Part shown: one piece after another, positions 1 to 14,784 of the stretch | Layout: each line of letters begins with the position of its first letter | Numbering within the stretch: the stretch's first letter is position 1 | Assembly (NCBI GenBank): GCA_965153355.1 | Contig: OZ231126.1 | Coordinates: 49,104,001-49,168,000, forward strand | From: Flaccisagitta enflata | Lineage: Eukaryota | Direction: 5' to 3' | Length of the DNA stretch: 64,000 bases | Program-made: the position numbers and the translations under genes | Notes under the pieces: model-generated | What the model was told of the DNA's origin: nothing | What the model saw: only the letters and a program-made list of their open reading frames with translations | Databases searched by the model: none

Positions 1-120
1 GGATTTGGATCTCAGGGCTGGAATTGGCTGCCCATAAAGGATTAATTATGACTTAGCAATGGAGACAACACATTTGCGGGTACGTGATTAAGCGAGCGTG
101 TTTGTTTGAATTTGTGTCCA

Positions 121-189
<69 letters not shown>

Positions 190-491
190 CAGAGGCAGAC
201 AGTGACAGAGAGACAGAGACAGAGAGAGAGATGGAAAAGGACGCGGCGAAAGGAAGGGATTTACGAGATGTTCCCATGCATTTGTTTCGTCTTACCCCTA
301 TTTCCCTATTTCTTTCTGACAGAAATTACCGATGATTGCGCGATGAATTGCGTGTCTGAAACAGGCAGCTTAGAAACCACGATTTCCCTTTTTTGTCTGA
401 AAGGATGAGTTCAACAATTGACAAGAAAAAAAGGCGAAATGAAATTTCAGATAGTTTTGTCTGTTTACATGTGTATACGTATATATTTAGT

Positions 492-826
492 GGGATGACC
501 GAAAATATGGTATAACTCGAACCCCGTCTTCCACGCGGGGGAAATATGACCATTTTCATTATAGATCATGATTGAAAATCTGGTGATGATCTGATAAAGT
601 TTACTCATGACCGCCACCCCCTTGTACCCATAAAAAATATATGGGAAAGAATTTGGCCATTTAGGTTCTTTATTTTTTATAATGGGAAAGTGGGTGGGGT
701 GGTGGTCACGAGTAAACTTTATCTGATCCTCACCAGATTCTAGAGACATTATCTATGATGGAAATGGTCACATCTCTGCCGCGAGGGAGACGAAATTCGA
801 GGTTTACCATATTTTCAGTCACCCTC
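492..826. mobile_element. MITE with 9-bp TSD (Mutator-like)
   Basis: About 80-bp imperfect TIRs; ATATTTAGT at 483-491 and 827-835. Confidence 0.7.
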
Positions 827-1382
827 ATATTTAGTCCTGGGCATTACTGTCCCTGCCCCACATTACAGCCCCCGCCCACATATGTACTCGTGATTTTGGG
901 GGTTGGGTCGTTGTTGGTATGTCCGAGGTGGTGATTTCTGATTAAGGTATCATTTGGGGATGAATTGGTGGTCGTTGGGTGAAATTTTCCTCTGGTGTAT
1001 CCAAATCTCGCGAAAATCTTTTAAATCAAAATCGAAGTAAAAGGAAGATGCAATTCTGAAATACGAATTCCGCACTGATAATGTCGCACCATTTATTAAA
1101 AGATGATATGTGATTGACATTTATCACGAGGACAACTGAAACAAGGCCAGATACACGGCCCCCCATTACGTGTGCGGGTAGGCAGGGACAGTAAGGCTAA
1201 ATTGGGCAGGAGCAGTAATGCATAAAGTGTTACAGGCTGACAGATGGACGTATGGATGGACCGACAGACAAAGTGGGTTATTGAATCGCGTGAATGAGAC
1301 TTTCTTTTTCTTTTTTTTCTTTTAGAAAGATTAAAGAATAGTAGAGAATGGAAATTACTTTGCTGTTGTAGAACGTTCATAT

Positions 1383-2657
1383 AGTAATGTTGAGCACAAG
1401 TTGACATATAACTTGAATGCGAACGCGATGGCTATACATCCACCTTCTACAGGCGAAGAAAATGAGAATGAGAGAGAAATAGGGGAAGAGACAAAAGGAA
1501 AGAGAGAGAGATGGCGAGGAAGAGGAAGGAGAGAGATTGGCAATAGTCGCAAAAGCGTTAGATGGTCAGCGGTACCCGTTGCCCCTATGTGAGTGGCTGT
1601 GGGTGTGAGGTGGTTAGAGGGGCAGCGGCCCCGAAGGGGCCGATGACCTATGCTGTTTTTATTTGAGCCTCAAGGCTGGAATTAGGGACTGGAGGCTGGA
1701 ACTAGGGCCTTGAGGCTGGAATTTGCGCCTGAAGGCTGGGATTTGAGCCTAGGATTTGGGCCTTGAGGCTGGGATTTGAGCCTCAAGGCTGGGATTTGAG
1801 CCTCAATACTGGGATTTAAGCTTCAAGGCTTGGGTTTGAGCCTCGAGGCTGGGATTTGAGCCTCAAGGGGGGGGGGGGGGACATAGGAGGAGAAGGAGAA
1901 GAAGAAGAAGGAGAAATTTCCCCTATGTGTGAAAGCATAGGTAATCGGCCCCTTCGGGGCCGCTGCCCAAAAAGGAAGAGACTGATTGAGAGAGACTCAC
2001 TCAGGGGCGTCCCCGTCTCCTGCCAAAGTGCGAGCCATGCGTCTTGTCAAAGAACTGCCAAAATGTATAATGGCCAATATAAATCTGCAGTAATGCAACA
2101 TAACGCTGACACTGGCCACAGTTTTCATGAAGAGGACTCGTTCATCCTTGACGCCAATGACAATTGGAGGACAAAAGCAATGAGAGAAAGTGCATTCATC
2201 AGAGCCCTCCCTCAATCGGAGATCAGACAGAACTGACCGTTACACTCTGCCTACATCCTTGTAAGGCACCGATCACGTCAAGGGGGGCAAAGAAGAGTGA
2301 ACGAGATAGAAACAAAAGCGACAGCTAATCCATCAAATGCCGCCACTCAATCCACTCCCATCGCCACTACTCCCACCTCAGGTCACAATATGGTGACAAG
2401 ACGCATGGCTCGCGCTTTGGCAGGAGACGGGGAAGCCCCTGGTTGAGTATCTCTCAATCGGTCTCTTCCTTTTTGTCAATCCCTCTTTATCCTCTTCGTC
2501 TGCATCTCTCTCTTTCCCTCTGTCTCTTCTCCCATTTCTCTCTCATTCTTATTTTCTTCGCCTGAAGTAGGTGGATGTAAAACCATCGAAATATGGCGTA
2601 TTTGTTTTCGCATCGAAGGGCTCACCAGTTGTATGTCAATTTGTACTCAACAGTACA
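1383..2657. mobile_element. Foldback element whose left arm is split by a nested insertion
   Basis: 1385-1530 and 1970-2050 are the reverse complement of 2480-2655 and 2394-2475. Confidence 0.7.
1620..1968. mobile_element. TIR element with an internal ~20-bp tandem repeat (GGGATTTGAGCCTCAAGGCT)
   Basis: About 35-bp TIR GGGCAGCGGCCCCGAAGGGGCCGATGACCTATGCT; relatives at about 16007-16590, 22431-22560, 38288-38585, 47282-47690, 58984-59275. Confidence 0.75.
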
Positions 2658-3455
2658 ATAAGAATAAAGAATAGATTAAACAAGGCCGGATACACGGCAA
2701 TCCAGTCGCGGACGGTTGGGCAGGAGCTGTAATGCCAAAACCGCTCATAATTCAAAAATGTGACCTACCGACCTACCGACCGACCGACACGGCAAGGTGT
2801 AGAGTCGCGTGTCCGCGACTAAAAACCTGTATGATAAGGGGGGGGGGGGGGCTAATTATGCGGCTTCTGTTATTGATAACGCCTTGATGATAATGATAGA
2901 TCATTACTTTAATTTAATGATATTCAGTCCCACAGGGCTGTCATTCAAATCGGCGGAAATTTCAGCAATGAGGGAAAATTGGCGATCAGAGATTGAACGC
3001 TGGAAACGTGTAAGCAGAAATGGCATTGAGATTGAGAAAAGAAATGTAATACCTAATGGCAAATAAATGGGCTAAAGGCCTGACGGATGATTTTGGTCCA
3101 TGAGGGGAGGGGGGGGGGGAGTTTTTTAAAGCCTTTGTAAGGGGGTTGTTGTTTAGGGTTAAGGATGGGGTTAAGGTTAGGCATGGGGTTGGGGCTGGTT
3201 TTAGGGTTAGGATTAGGGCTAGGAGAATTCCAGGTTTTATACATCACAACCCGAATCTGCTCGAAGTAAAGCTTCGCCCTGGCGTGAAATCACGAAAAAA
3301 CTGAAGCATCGTAACGTCTTATCAAGAATCGCTGCATAGTCAAAGAAAAAACAACACCAACACCAACACTACCAACACCACCAACACCAGCAACACCAAC
3401 ACCAACACCAACAACAACCAACAACAGCCATGACAACAACGACAACAACAACCAT

Positions 3456-3503
<48 letters not shown>

Positions 3504-3549
3504 AATTTGGGAAATAGGATACAATTTCAGACACACGCGCATGCACAGT

Positions 3550-3585
<36 letters not shown>

Positions 3586-3798
3586 CAAAACTTTCGCCTT
3601 GTTTTGTAAGAGGTGTTACACGCTCGCACGCAAACACACGCGCATGCACAAACATGCGTGTGAACCTATGGTTTCCATTCAGGTGCGATGGACTCAATCA
3701 ATCTGGCTTATGGTGTCATTTTGGGACAAGGGGCACAAGGGCAAGGGCGGGGGGCACAAAGCACAAGGACAACGAAATGAGAAAAAAGAATAAACAAA

Positions 3799-3955
3799 GG
3801 GTGCGTCTGCATTCACCATATCATTTGGATATTCTATCTGGATATCAATATCCGGATATTCTACATAGTGAATTTACAAAATTTACAACATGAAATATCC
3901 GGATGTTAATATTCAAATAAAATATCTGAGTAAGCTGATTAATGCAGACACACCT
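3799..3955. mobile_element. 160-bp MITE (second copy about 6023-6179)
   Basis: gggtgcgtctgcatt ... aatgcagacacacc; two closely similar copies. Confidence 0.75.
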
Positions 3956-3969
3956 GATGAAGGAAGGAA

Positions 3970-4009
<40 letters not shown>

Positions 4010-5237
4010 GGACACATAGAAAGACAGACAGACAGAGAGAAAGAGAAAGAGAAAGAGAAAGAGACAAAGGGACAAACTCACGTAGAAAAATGGCAGCAAC
4101 AGAGAGTCAGGGAGACGGAAACAGAGGGACTAAGAGACAGACAAAAAAAAAAAAGACAAAAAAAGGACGGGCTTTGAATGTTTGTCTCTCATCTGCGGTT
4201 AACGAGCCGACCATTTTATATAACGTTCAGTAACTTGGTTCCTCTTTTCATCCTTCGTTACGTCATGTTCATTTCGGTCATGTTTATTTCAGTCATGTAT
4301 GAAAAGATGACAGTGACCCAAAAACAGAATCAATGAATGGCTAAAGAAATGAATTTTGCAAAAAAAAAAAACCCTCTTTTCATACATAACTGAAATGAAT
4401 TGTGACTCTAAAAAGTTCATTGGGAACAACGTCGCGTGCCAACCATTCAAACAAAATTCCCGGCAAACATGACAAAATGAACAAAAGAGATTTCAAACCG
4501 AAAAAGTGGCAGACAGGCACATTGAATGCGACTTTGTGGTGCCGCTTCCAGATTGGCAGAAACTCGAAAATCAACATCTGTGACAGACAGACGGACGGAC
4601 TGACAGACGGACAAAGTGATTTCAACTGTCGCGTGGCACACGACTAAAAACACGTCATCCGTGGCTAGGAAGACAGTATTTTTGTTTAGACAGAAACGGA
4701 TGCAGAAATTAGGAAATTGAAAATGTGTTCAGGTCGTTAACGGTGTCAAAACTTCACCCTATCCTGATCTTTACCTTACGCTGTTGTTGATGAATGGAAA
4801 AAAGTTGCGACTTAGGGCAAATTTAGGTTTAGCATTTCCAGCGGGAATCCAGAAACGTGCGGCGCCAGACGGGGCACGTGACGAGGGGGGGGGGGCTTTT
4901 GGGTGGTTAGAGGCTGGTTGCTGGGTGGTTAGAGGCTGGGTAATACCCCAGTGAATTTCTTATTCGGTAATACCCTAGTGAATATCTTATTCATGCATTA
5001 GTTAAAAACGTTTTCATGATTGCTGAATTTTTTCCAAAATCTTTGAAAAGGGCCTTTCTACACCTTAAGTTAAGACCTATTTTGTTTATTGACAAGCTCA
5101 ATTGCCCCTACAACTTTAAGAAAATCATTTTTTCTTAATTTTCCATAATTTTGATTATTTAAGCTATTGTTAGAAAAGCTGTTCAAAAATATCAGTTTAC
5201 GGTTACCCATCGAAAACTGATAAGAAAACAAAAATAT

Positions 5238-5512
5238 GGGTATGGGAATTTTCTTCAGCTGGGCTGATCTGGCTCATAGTGAAGGCGGTTTGAGCTTTTT
5301 GGGGTGGTTGGTAGGTGGTTAGAGGCTGGGTATGGGAATTTTCTTTAGCTGGGCTGATCTGGCTCATAGCGGAGGCGGTTTGGGCCTTTTGGGGTGGTTG
5401 CTTGGTGGTTAGAGGCTGGGTATAGGGATTTTCTTTAGCTGGGCTGATCTGGCTTATAGTGAAGGCGGTTTGAGCCTTTTGGGGTGCTTGCTGGGTGGTT
5501 AGAGGCTGGGTA
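5238..5512. repeat. 90-bp tandem repeat, 3 copies (further unit at about 6241-6335)
   Basis: Units start at 5238, 5328 and 5418. Confidence 0.9.
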
Positions 5513-7406
5513 TGACGGCGAGCATCTGAAGGCAAGATTTAGTGTGTCAACTGGGGTCAAAATCGAAAATTTCATAAGATAACATTAAAAAAATCACTGT
5601 AGTATATCATGGTAAATATCTATTTGCAAAATTTGCATTCAAAAGAGCAAGTACTGATTCCAATAACTAAAAATATTCATGAAATGTTTTTCAAAATTTC
5701 ATATTTGTTCACCGACAGGAGGCTTGTCAAAATTATAACTTTGCATAGCACATGAAAAAACAAAAAAAATGAAGAACATAGCTGCCTTCCAAAATTGATT
5801 ACAGAGGTGGCTATGTTTTTGAAATGCAAAATTCCTTTGCATTTGTATGTTTTATTATTTTGACAGCAGCAATTGGATAAAAAGTGTAAGCAAAATTTCA
5901 TTAAAAACCCTTTTTTCTTTACTTCGCTTATGTGGATTGCTGATTTTAAGGTTCTTTTGAGGTCAGCATATGACAAAGACAATTTGTCTCTTGAAAATAT
6001 TTTTGGCATCATTATTATCTGAGGGTGCGTCTGCATTCACCATGTTATTTAGATAATTTATCTGGATATCAATATCCGGATATTCTACATAGTAAATTTA
6101 CAAAATTTACTACATGAAATATCCAGATATTAATATTCAAATAAAATATCCGAATAAGCTGATTAATGCAGACACACCTCAAGTATAGTTAAAAAAAAAA
6201 TGAGACGAAACACTAATTGTGGCACCAAATGCTCGCCGTCGTATGGGAATTTTCTTTAGCTGGGCTGATCTGGCGCATAGTGAAGGCGGTTTGAGCCTTT
6301 TAGAGTGGTTGCTGGATGGTTAGAGGCTAGGTATGTATGAAAAGTGGAACAATATCCCTCACTATCCCAAACTGAAATAAATGGAGGAGGGCCTTGTGAA
6401 CCCTCACTGACTAGTTATTACGCGCACCACTCCTAGTTTTCCATAAAACAGAATCTGAAAAACATTCCTCTCAACCTAACCCAAAAGCAAACTGCTTACC
6501 AAAAGTAGTTAGGGCAATGATTGTTACTTTTATAACCAAAATTCAACAAATCACCTGAGGGTAACATTGTTAAGAAACCATACTCTTTAAGAGGATAAAA
6601 TCGAGGTCAAGCTTAATGCAACCGCTGGACATTCTAAACCAAGGTACTGAGTAGTATGAAAAGTGGAACAATATCCCTCACTATCCCAAACTGAAATAAA
6701 TGGAAGAGGGCCTTGTGAACCCTCACTGTCTGAGATAGGAGGCCCAGGCACCAGTGGGACCGGTGAGAGCAGGGTACGACAAAGTGGCCAAGCACTTAAG
6801 CATTGCTTGTAGGCAACTAGCAGATTTTGCAGGCAGGGACACAGAAAAAAAATTATTAGAAGAAAATAAAAAAAAAAGAAAAAAGAAGAGATAATTTAAA
6901 AAACAAAAACATCACAGATTTGTACATGCCTTTAAAATATGCTTTAAAATTATTCATTTTATTTAAAGAAATAAATTAAAATTAACTATTTATTATGAAA
7001 AATTTACAGATATACTGCCATGTCAGTACAAAAATTGTTTCTTGTTTTATTTCTCATTATATTCAAGAAAACACTATATGAAGATTTATATAATTTTTTT
7101 TTGTTTTGTTTGTCATTATATCTAGGATATTATTACATGAAGAGTAATTCCAATATTTTGTAGGCAGGAATTGGTAGAAAAATCTTGCTTGTAGGCAGCT
7201 GAAATTTTTGTTGAGCCCTGACCACTCCTAGTTTTCCATAGAACAGAATCTGAGAAACATTCCTCTCAACCTAACCCAAAAACAAACTACTTTTATAATA
7301 CCATATCATACCATTGACTTTACAGACGAAGCCTTTCATACAAAATTTACTTCGGGCAGGAACAGTACCGTGGTGCGTTTATATGTGCTTGCGTTCTGTT
7401 TCTTTT

Positions 7407-7465
<59 letters not shown>

Positions 7466-7881
7466 CCGGTACCATTCGACCGGTATTCTCGGTATTTGTT
7501 TGGTGTTCGTGATTATGTGTGTGATGGGCGATCTGTCGATGTCTTTACATGTATATTTGAATTTATATATTTGGCTGTTAAATATTATTAATGTGTGTGT
7601 GTAATGTGTGTAGCTGTGTGTCGTATATTATCGTAATGTGTCAGCCATGGCTGTGTGTCGTATAATGTGTGGTGGCGTGGTGGTGAGTGAGTGGTGAAGA
7701 GAGAGGAGAGAGAGCTTGCAGGCGGCCTCTGCCCCTTTGATGATCATTAGTGGTGCATTGGCCTCCTGCCTACTAAATGGCTTCTGCCCCACCACTGAAA
7801 CAATAGCATCGTTAAATACATGTCTGCACATCAGAACATGTCATTCGTTGGTAACCTATACTATATATATATATATATATA

Positions 7882-7931
<50 letters not shown>

Positions 7932-10839
7932 CTCTGAAAATCACCTGTTGCTTCAAATAAGATAAGGCGCTGACTTACCTCTGATACGTCTCGATCGTAG
8001 ATGTTCAAATAGTGCGCGATCATGGACGCTCGATGTGACCGTCATTATTCGACACCGCCGCTCATATCGCTCAAATCTTGGTGGGCTGATGAACAATAAT
8101 TCCTTCCAGGAAAATGAAAGGCAAAGAATGATATACATGATATACTGGATGTATTTGGGCAGTCAGAAAATCTTAAAAACAGCCATTGCATATTTCATTA
8201 ATGAACTAAGCAGGATGGATATTTTCTGTGAATATTTATCACAATGCACATATTGCATGAATATCTTTTCTATACAAGTCAAACAAACAAAGATCCAGAA
8301 CTTAACTATGATGCATTTTAAATCAACAAAGTCCCAGTCAGAATGTAAAACATGTTTCATGAAGTTCTAACACAATCTCCTTTACTTCTGTTACTGTATA
8401 GTCAAAGATCTTAAGAAGATCAGTGTGTGATGTTCTCAGTGATCTCGGTAATTCATAATCTTCAGAATCTTGCAAAGTCTTATGGATCAGATCCGATACT
8501 CTCAGTAACTCAGATAAAGTCATTTCTTCACCAAAATCTGATTCAGCTGACTCGGTGGCTTCTGAGATGCATATGAAGAGAAAAGGAAAGAGGAGAGGAA
8601 GGAAGGAAGAGGGCAGAGAGAGAGAGAGGAGAAGAGAGAAGAGAGAGAGGGGAGAGGGAGAGTGACTGTCAGCATATAAGCCTTTTCATTTGAGTGGGTA
8701 AAAGTATCTTCTTTATCTATATAACATATATATTCTCTCTATATATATATATATATATATCTCTCATATATCTCTCTCTATATACTAATATCTCTCTCTC
8801 TGTGCAAAACACATACTTGCTATTACAACACCTGCCATCACTGCATAGTGAATGCAATTTCACAAAGAAAACTTTGCTTATTCACAGTGAATAGCAACTC
8901 TATAAGATCTGGCGATCGATCAGATTGTCATCGATCCCGTCGCGCCGAGAAAAGAACGGAAAAATGCTGCAAATCATAACTGTGACCTCATCGATATGTT
9001 AATTGCCAGCCAGATCGAGTCTGAATCCAAAGCATAACTAAAAATATTCTGCTAGATCTGGTTCTCAGCATGGTGAAAGGCAGTAGCAACAGTTATGGTG
9101 ATGGTTATATCTGTGACACGAGATCCTGTTCATGGCGATGCCTTGCTGTGGAAGAGTATGTCATCGAAGCTGCAAATAACATCATAATGATATCGTGCAG
9201 TACAAACTAGTTGCTCAGAGATTTCTCGCTAAAACCATTCTGACTGACAAGTAATTTAACATAAACATCTGATATAACAGTATATTGATATATGTTATGT
9301 GGAACCTGACGTTATTTATCTTACTGCGGTAAAATCAATGGTGATTATGTTCTCATCATCAAACTCAGTAATAAAATCTATCACTTTACACATTTTTAAT
9401 ATCCTTTTCGATAGTCACATTTCAGTTAAATACAACCTGATGTAATACTATAACAACTCTCTCTGTGTCAGAACACCAGCACAATGTATGCAATATTTTG
9501 ATCATTTCCAATTCATAATTATGTGAGGTATTTTCCAATGACAATTACATAGTGGAGCAACCTTTTATTTTGACACGGTGGACTTCATCACATCAAAATA
9601 ATTATAAGTATAAGTATAGATATTCTGCATTCACATTCAATGTAACAGTATCTTGGATTTAATCTAATGTCATGTTTTTGAGGAAGCGTAATCAGCTACT
9701 AATGCGTATTCAGTGTCTACTGGAAGTGTAGTATTTACTAGTGCAGTCTTAGCCTCTGCAGGTATCCACTTGTCAGTCTGTGTCATCCCACAAAATTCCA
9801 TTTTGTTTTTAATTAGATGATGCCACGGCTCTACAAGCAAATTGTCTGTCTATCATCCATAGTCAGCTACTGCTACTTTTGACATTCCTGTTGTGCACTG
9901 CTTAATGCATGGTGCTTCATCACTGCCTCTTACCAGCACGCGGCGCTGTTAATATCGACCAGGGAAACATGTAGACTATAACCGAATGTATCTTAATCAT
10001 CTGCTGAAGATATCTTCTGAAATATCTGCCGTCAATCCTCTTATGCTCATATTCAGCGCGGATTACGAAAAACCTGGTCTGATCGAAATAGCAATTAACA
10101 ATGTTAGGCTGAAAACATTTCAGTACGCGACTCTGCAACGTGTCATTGCGGCCTCGAAAACTGGAACGCTGGTGTGACGTAATGCGGAAGACGAACTGGA
10201 AAATCAAACATTTTTGTGTGTGAGCGTAATTTTAAAAGAAGGAAATGTAATTGCAAAAAAATAAAATATATGACGCTGCACTCGAAGGTCTGTCCATACT
10301 ATAAAGTGATTGATTATGCGGAGTCAGCAAAGTGATCAAACTTACTGTTTGTCTGGGAATCATGTCGACCACATCATACTATTATGCTATGATCATCATA
10401 CATAGCTCTGATATCTCACCTGGTAATACGCAATCCAGAAGAACATGAAAAAGACCAATTAATAACCATATTCAATATTAGGATTTTAATAGTATGAAAG
10501 CCGTCTGCAGACCACAGACGAACTCTGTCGGAACGCATCTAAGGTGTGTCCCGAGTCTAGATATTCGAGCAACTTCGTCTGTTCTATCGACTCGGTATTC
10601 ATTGCCGCAAATATCGCCAGGCGGTAATAAGGGTTTTTTATGTTTATTCGTCCGTGGAGACTCATCAAAATCGATGATGATTTCCTTCGTGATCTTTGCG
10701 CCCCGGCAATCTGGGTAGTGACACGTCGCGTGCTGACTCTACAACGCTCCGTCGATGGCGATCGACTCATTGTCGTCTGCTCGGTCGCTAACAACGCCGG
10801 TCTGGAGTGCGCGAATCATTTTGTTTTGGAATTGTGGTG

Positions 10840-12370
10840 CTGATCATTTTGGTCATTTTGGTCATTTTTGTCATTTTTGTCATTTTTGGTCATTTTTGGT
10901 CATTTTTATTCATTTTGATCATTTTTATCATTCAGGTAGTTTTTGATTATTGTCGATTATTTTCGATCATTTTAATCATTTGATCATTAAGTCATTCGTG
11001 TTACAGATATTTAGTCATTTAGTCATTTCAATCAATACAATCTTTAGTCATTTAGTCGTACAAGTCTTCGTCATTTATCATTTGTCATTTGTCATTTGTC
11101 ATTGGTCATTTTGATCATTCATTTGTTTTGTTTTTGGTCATTTGCATTTTCGGTCATTTTAGTGGCTGATATATTGATCATTCAGTCATTTGTCATTTTT
11201 ATTAGTTTTGTATTTATTTCTGAGTCATTTTGTCATTTTTGTCATGCTGTGATTTTGTCACTGGTCATTTGTGATTTTTGTCATTGGTGGTCATTTTGTG
11301 TTTAGTGTTTGTTCATCATTTTGGTCATTTGGTCATTTTAGAATAGATTATTGATCATTTTGTCATTGCATTTTGATGTCATTCTGTCATTTGGTCATTT
11401 TGATCATTTTTTGGTCATTTTGGTCATTTGTCATTTTGGTCATTTTGGTCATTTTGGTCATTTCTGGTCATTACTAATCATTGTCATTGTCATTTCATTT
11501 TGGTGTTGCAATCATTTTTGATCATTTCTGGTCATTTGTCATTTAGTCATTTTGATAATTTGTCATTTTAGTCATTTGTCATTTGATCATTTGAGTCATT
11601 TTGATCATTTTGGTCATTTGGTCATTTCATTTGTCATTTTACACTGGTCATTTTAAGTCGTACAGTTAAAAATGCTGCTGGTGAAATCTGCAATTCAAAT
11701 CTGCAGGTAAATCTGCTAATTAAAATCTGCCAAATCAAAATGCGATGGCAAAAAAAGTCATGCTGTTTTAAATCTGCTGGTTTAAATCTGCTGGTGAATC
11801 AGCTGGTTTTAAATCAGCCGGTTAATCTGCTACGGTTGATCTGCTGGTTTGAATGTAACGATTAAATCTGCTGAACGAGTTTAAATCTAATGGTTTAAAA
11901 TCGCAGTCTAATGGACAATTTGCTTAGTAAAAAATGATACTAATGATAAGTATGATTTGGAAATCTGAATTTTAACTCAGAATTAAATTTAAGTCTGATT
12001 GCGTGGATACATGTCTGTTTATGTCTGAATTTGCATTGGAGATTGCGTCTAATTTGATCTTAGTCTCATCTGATTTATCTGAGTTATGTTGTTTAAATCT
12101 AGATACCGTCTGAACAGTCTAATTTTAATCTAGTTAATTCTGTTTGAAGTCTAGTTTTAGTCTGAATTTAGTCTAATTTAATGAATTTTGAGCTGTTGGT
12201 TTAACCTGTCAGTCTGTTTAGTCATTTAATCGGTTGATCTGGTTTGAGAGTCTGGCAAATGCATGTCTGTTTATGTCTGATTTATGTCTGATTTAGGTGA
12301 TTTCGATGCAGTTTAATTCTGGTTTTGTCTCGTTTGTTCTGGTTGTCTGGACTGTCTTTTAGTTGGTTAA
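10840..12370 (+). repeat. Degraded or noisy reverse copy of the composite array at 44760-46130
   Basis: (GGTCATTTT)n, then (AAATCTGCTGGTTT)n, then (GTCTG.TTTA)n, in mirror order. Confidence 0.65.
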
Positions 12371-14590
12371 ATGTGTTTTCAATAAAAAGATACAATAAGG
12401 AGTCGATCCCGGGTCGGTCCTGCGCAGCACTGCTGTTCATCCCACCATTTAGTCAAGCCTGTGGCTAAATCAGTTCATCTGTGTATTTCTTAATCTTACT
12501 CATCTCTAGATGCTATCATCAAACCTCGATGGACAGAAAAAGGAGATTCCATATCGGGCATTCTGAGTATGAACGGCAAAGCGGCAAAAACTGTATGGAC
12601 AGGACCTCTTTACCTTCAACCTGCTCAAGTCTTACAGCCTTTGAAATTTATGCTAGCTGTGATAAGAAGATGTGTTCATCATTTTGTTCTATCCTCATTC
12701 CATGTTCCACCAGCCTCATCCATAACCAGTAAGATCTCATGAAAACATAGACCTGACCACCATGATCTGTCCGCGTTGTGTGCGCAATACAGAGAAATCG
12801 ATAATTGCGAGATATCTCGTCGACCTAATGCTGCGTGCCTGCCGTCAACATCAAATCTGTTGAAGCCAGCAGGCTAAAAGTAGGAAAAGCAATTTTACTA
12901 CTATCTGACTATTGAGCAAAACAATCGTTACTGGTTAAATACATCATGTGGTGACTGATGAGAAGAAGTGTGTCACCTTAATCGAGTATGGGGTTTGGTG
13001 AGCAGATAGATCTTTAGCCAGTAACATGTGAATTACCGATAGGAAGGCGGGTGATGACGATCAGAGATTGTTAGGGCACGTGTCAAAACCGCCTGTCATG
13101 TCAGAAATATTGCGACAATAAACAGATGTATTTAAATAAATTGGCATATAAGATAAAAATATTAAAAATGAAAAAATATAATACAATACGTACCGCCAGC
13201 GTGTCCACCAAGCTATGACTGCATGGCTTCGGGTACAAGCAGAAGCTGGAAATTGTTCAACTGTATTGGTGTATACTCAGTATTTGTTATTGCTATTTTA
13301 AAAATAAAATTAATAGATTAAGTTAGTTATTTAATGAATGCAAGACAATGAATGTCAACGTGCTGGAGACGAAGTGTGCCCAGCCATATTCTACCTTTCA
13401 AGCACAGATCATGCCTGTGTTCAATTATTAATTGCAAATATTTAAAAAAAATAAAACGATATACTGATAGTAAGGAAAATCCTTTGCTGAAACAAAAGCT
13501 TTCTAATGGTACTATTCCTTGAAAAACACATAATTATATAATTGTGCTTTAAATGTGCAATTTCACACTTTCCAACTCAAGCGTAATGGTCCAACAGTCC
13601 AACGGACGGACAAAACCACTTATAGAGTTGCATATCCGTAGCTTTGAAACAGGATTACAATAGATACAAGAATAAACATCATTCTATTATATTTGCGTAC
13701 CTGCACTCCACCAGAGATAAAATGATTGCAGAAAATCAAAGAGCCTGGCTGCAGAAATCATGGCCTGGACTGTGCAGATCTGTCAGTAGGCATCTGCCTT
13801 TGCATTCGTGTGTTGTTGTTGTTGTTGTTGTTGTTGTGTGTGTTTGTGTGTGTGTGTGTGTGTTGTTGTTGTTGTTATTTGTTGGCAATATTAACGCGTG
13901 ACTGCTTCACTACCAGCGATCTTGTCATCGCCACCTGTTCCCGCCTCAGTGGCAGCGACACTACTTCAAGAAGTGACATCGATCAATAAACGCTCGTGGA
14001 CGTAAATCGTTTCCTGCCAAACCGCAAACACAGCGCGACAACGAAGCCGGCCAGGGCATGCCATGGACGTAGCCTAAGCAGCAGAAAGCAAAGGACAAGA
14101 CAATTACATCTGGTGAGTAGCATATGGACAAGCATAATATTGAACACAGCGGTAGACGTGTGCCTGAGAAGAAGAGTAAAGGCAACAACGGTAGACAAAG
14201 TTGATCTCGAGCAATGCAAATTCAGTAAGCAAAGCAAAATATTATCGCAACATTGAATAACAACAGGATGCTTGGCGTAGAACATTAATAACCGGAACAT
14301 ATATCGCAAACAGCAACAATAATCATGTCTATTCTATTTATTCTCTTTCTTTAGAAAATAAGCTCTACATATTGCTTTTTTTTTTTTTGTTTTTTGTTTT
14401 TTTCTTTTGGTTTTTTTTTTTGGTTTTTTTTCCCCTGTTTTTTTTATCAAGTTGGTTGATGTGATTCGTTCGACGTTCATGATCATGCCATTATGTTTGT
14501 CTTGGTTATTTGTTGAGACGAGTCCTATCACTTAATTGTCATCGGACAGCATCATGCCACTAATTTTGAATTCTTCCATTTAACTCTCAG

Positions 14591-14646
14591 ATAAATGTGG
14601 ATGCGATGAGGCCGAATGCGTTCTGAAACCTGACAAAGAACTTGAT
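14591..14646 (+). CDS. Cysteine-rich protein gene, exon A
   Basis: ctctcag| ... |gtaagc; (D)KCGCDEAECVLKPDKELD; ends phase 0, matching exon B. Confidence 0.7.
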
Positions 14647-14784
14647 GTAAGCTTGCCGATCTTATGAATGTATATATCAAGAAGGGATAAGGGATGAAAT
14701 GATTTTGTGATACTATAATTTAGAAAGGAGGCAAGTCTCCATTTCTGAAATTAATGATAATGAAGCTGAGTGATCTTGCAACAG

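Noticed and set aside
53..408. ORFs of (RE)n, (SL)n, (CV)n, (TH)n and (KKER)n here and throughout
   Set aside because: Translations of di-, tri- and tetranucleotide microsatellites.
3150..3235. Telomere-like TTAGGG repeats
   Set aside because: Short, degenerate and interstitial; likely part of a dispersed repeat.
5203..5535. 110-aa ORF with 30-aa repeats
   Set aside because: Explained by a 90-bp tandem repeat that also occurs dispersed nearby; no exon support.
6335..7290. LTR-like direct repeats (6335-6500 versus 6655-6728 plus 7222-7290)
   Set aside because: Short local duplication split by a cagggt...ccctg insertion; no TG...CA ends, primer-binding site or internal coding sequence.
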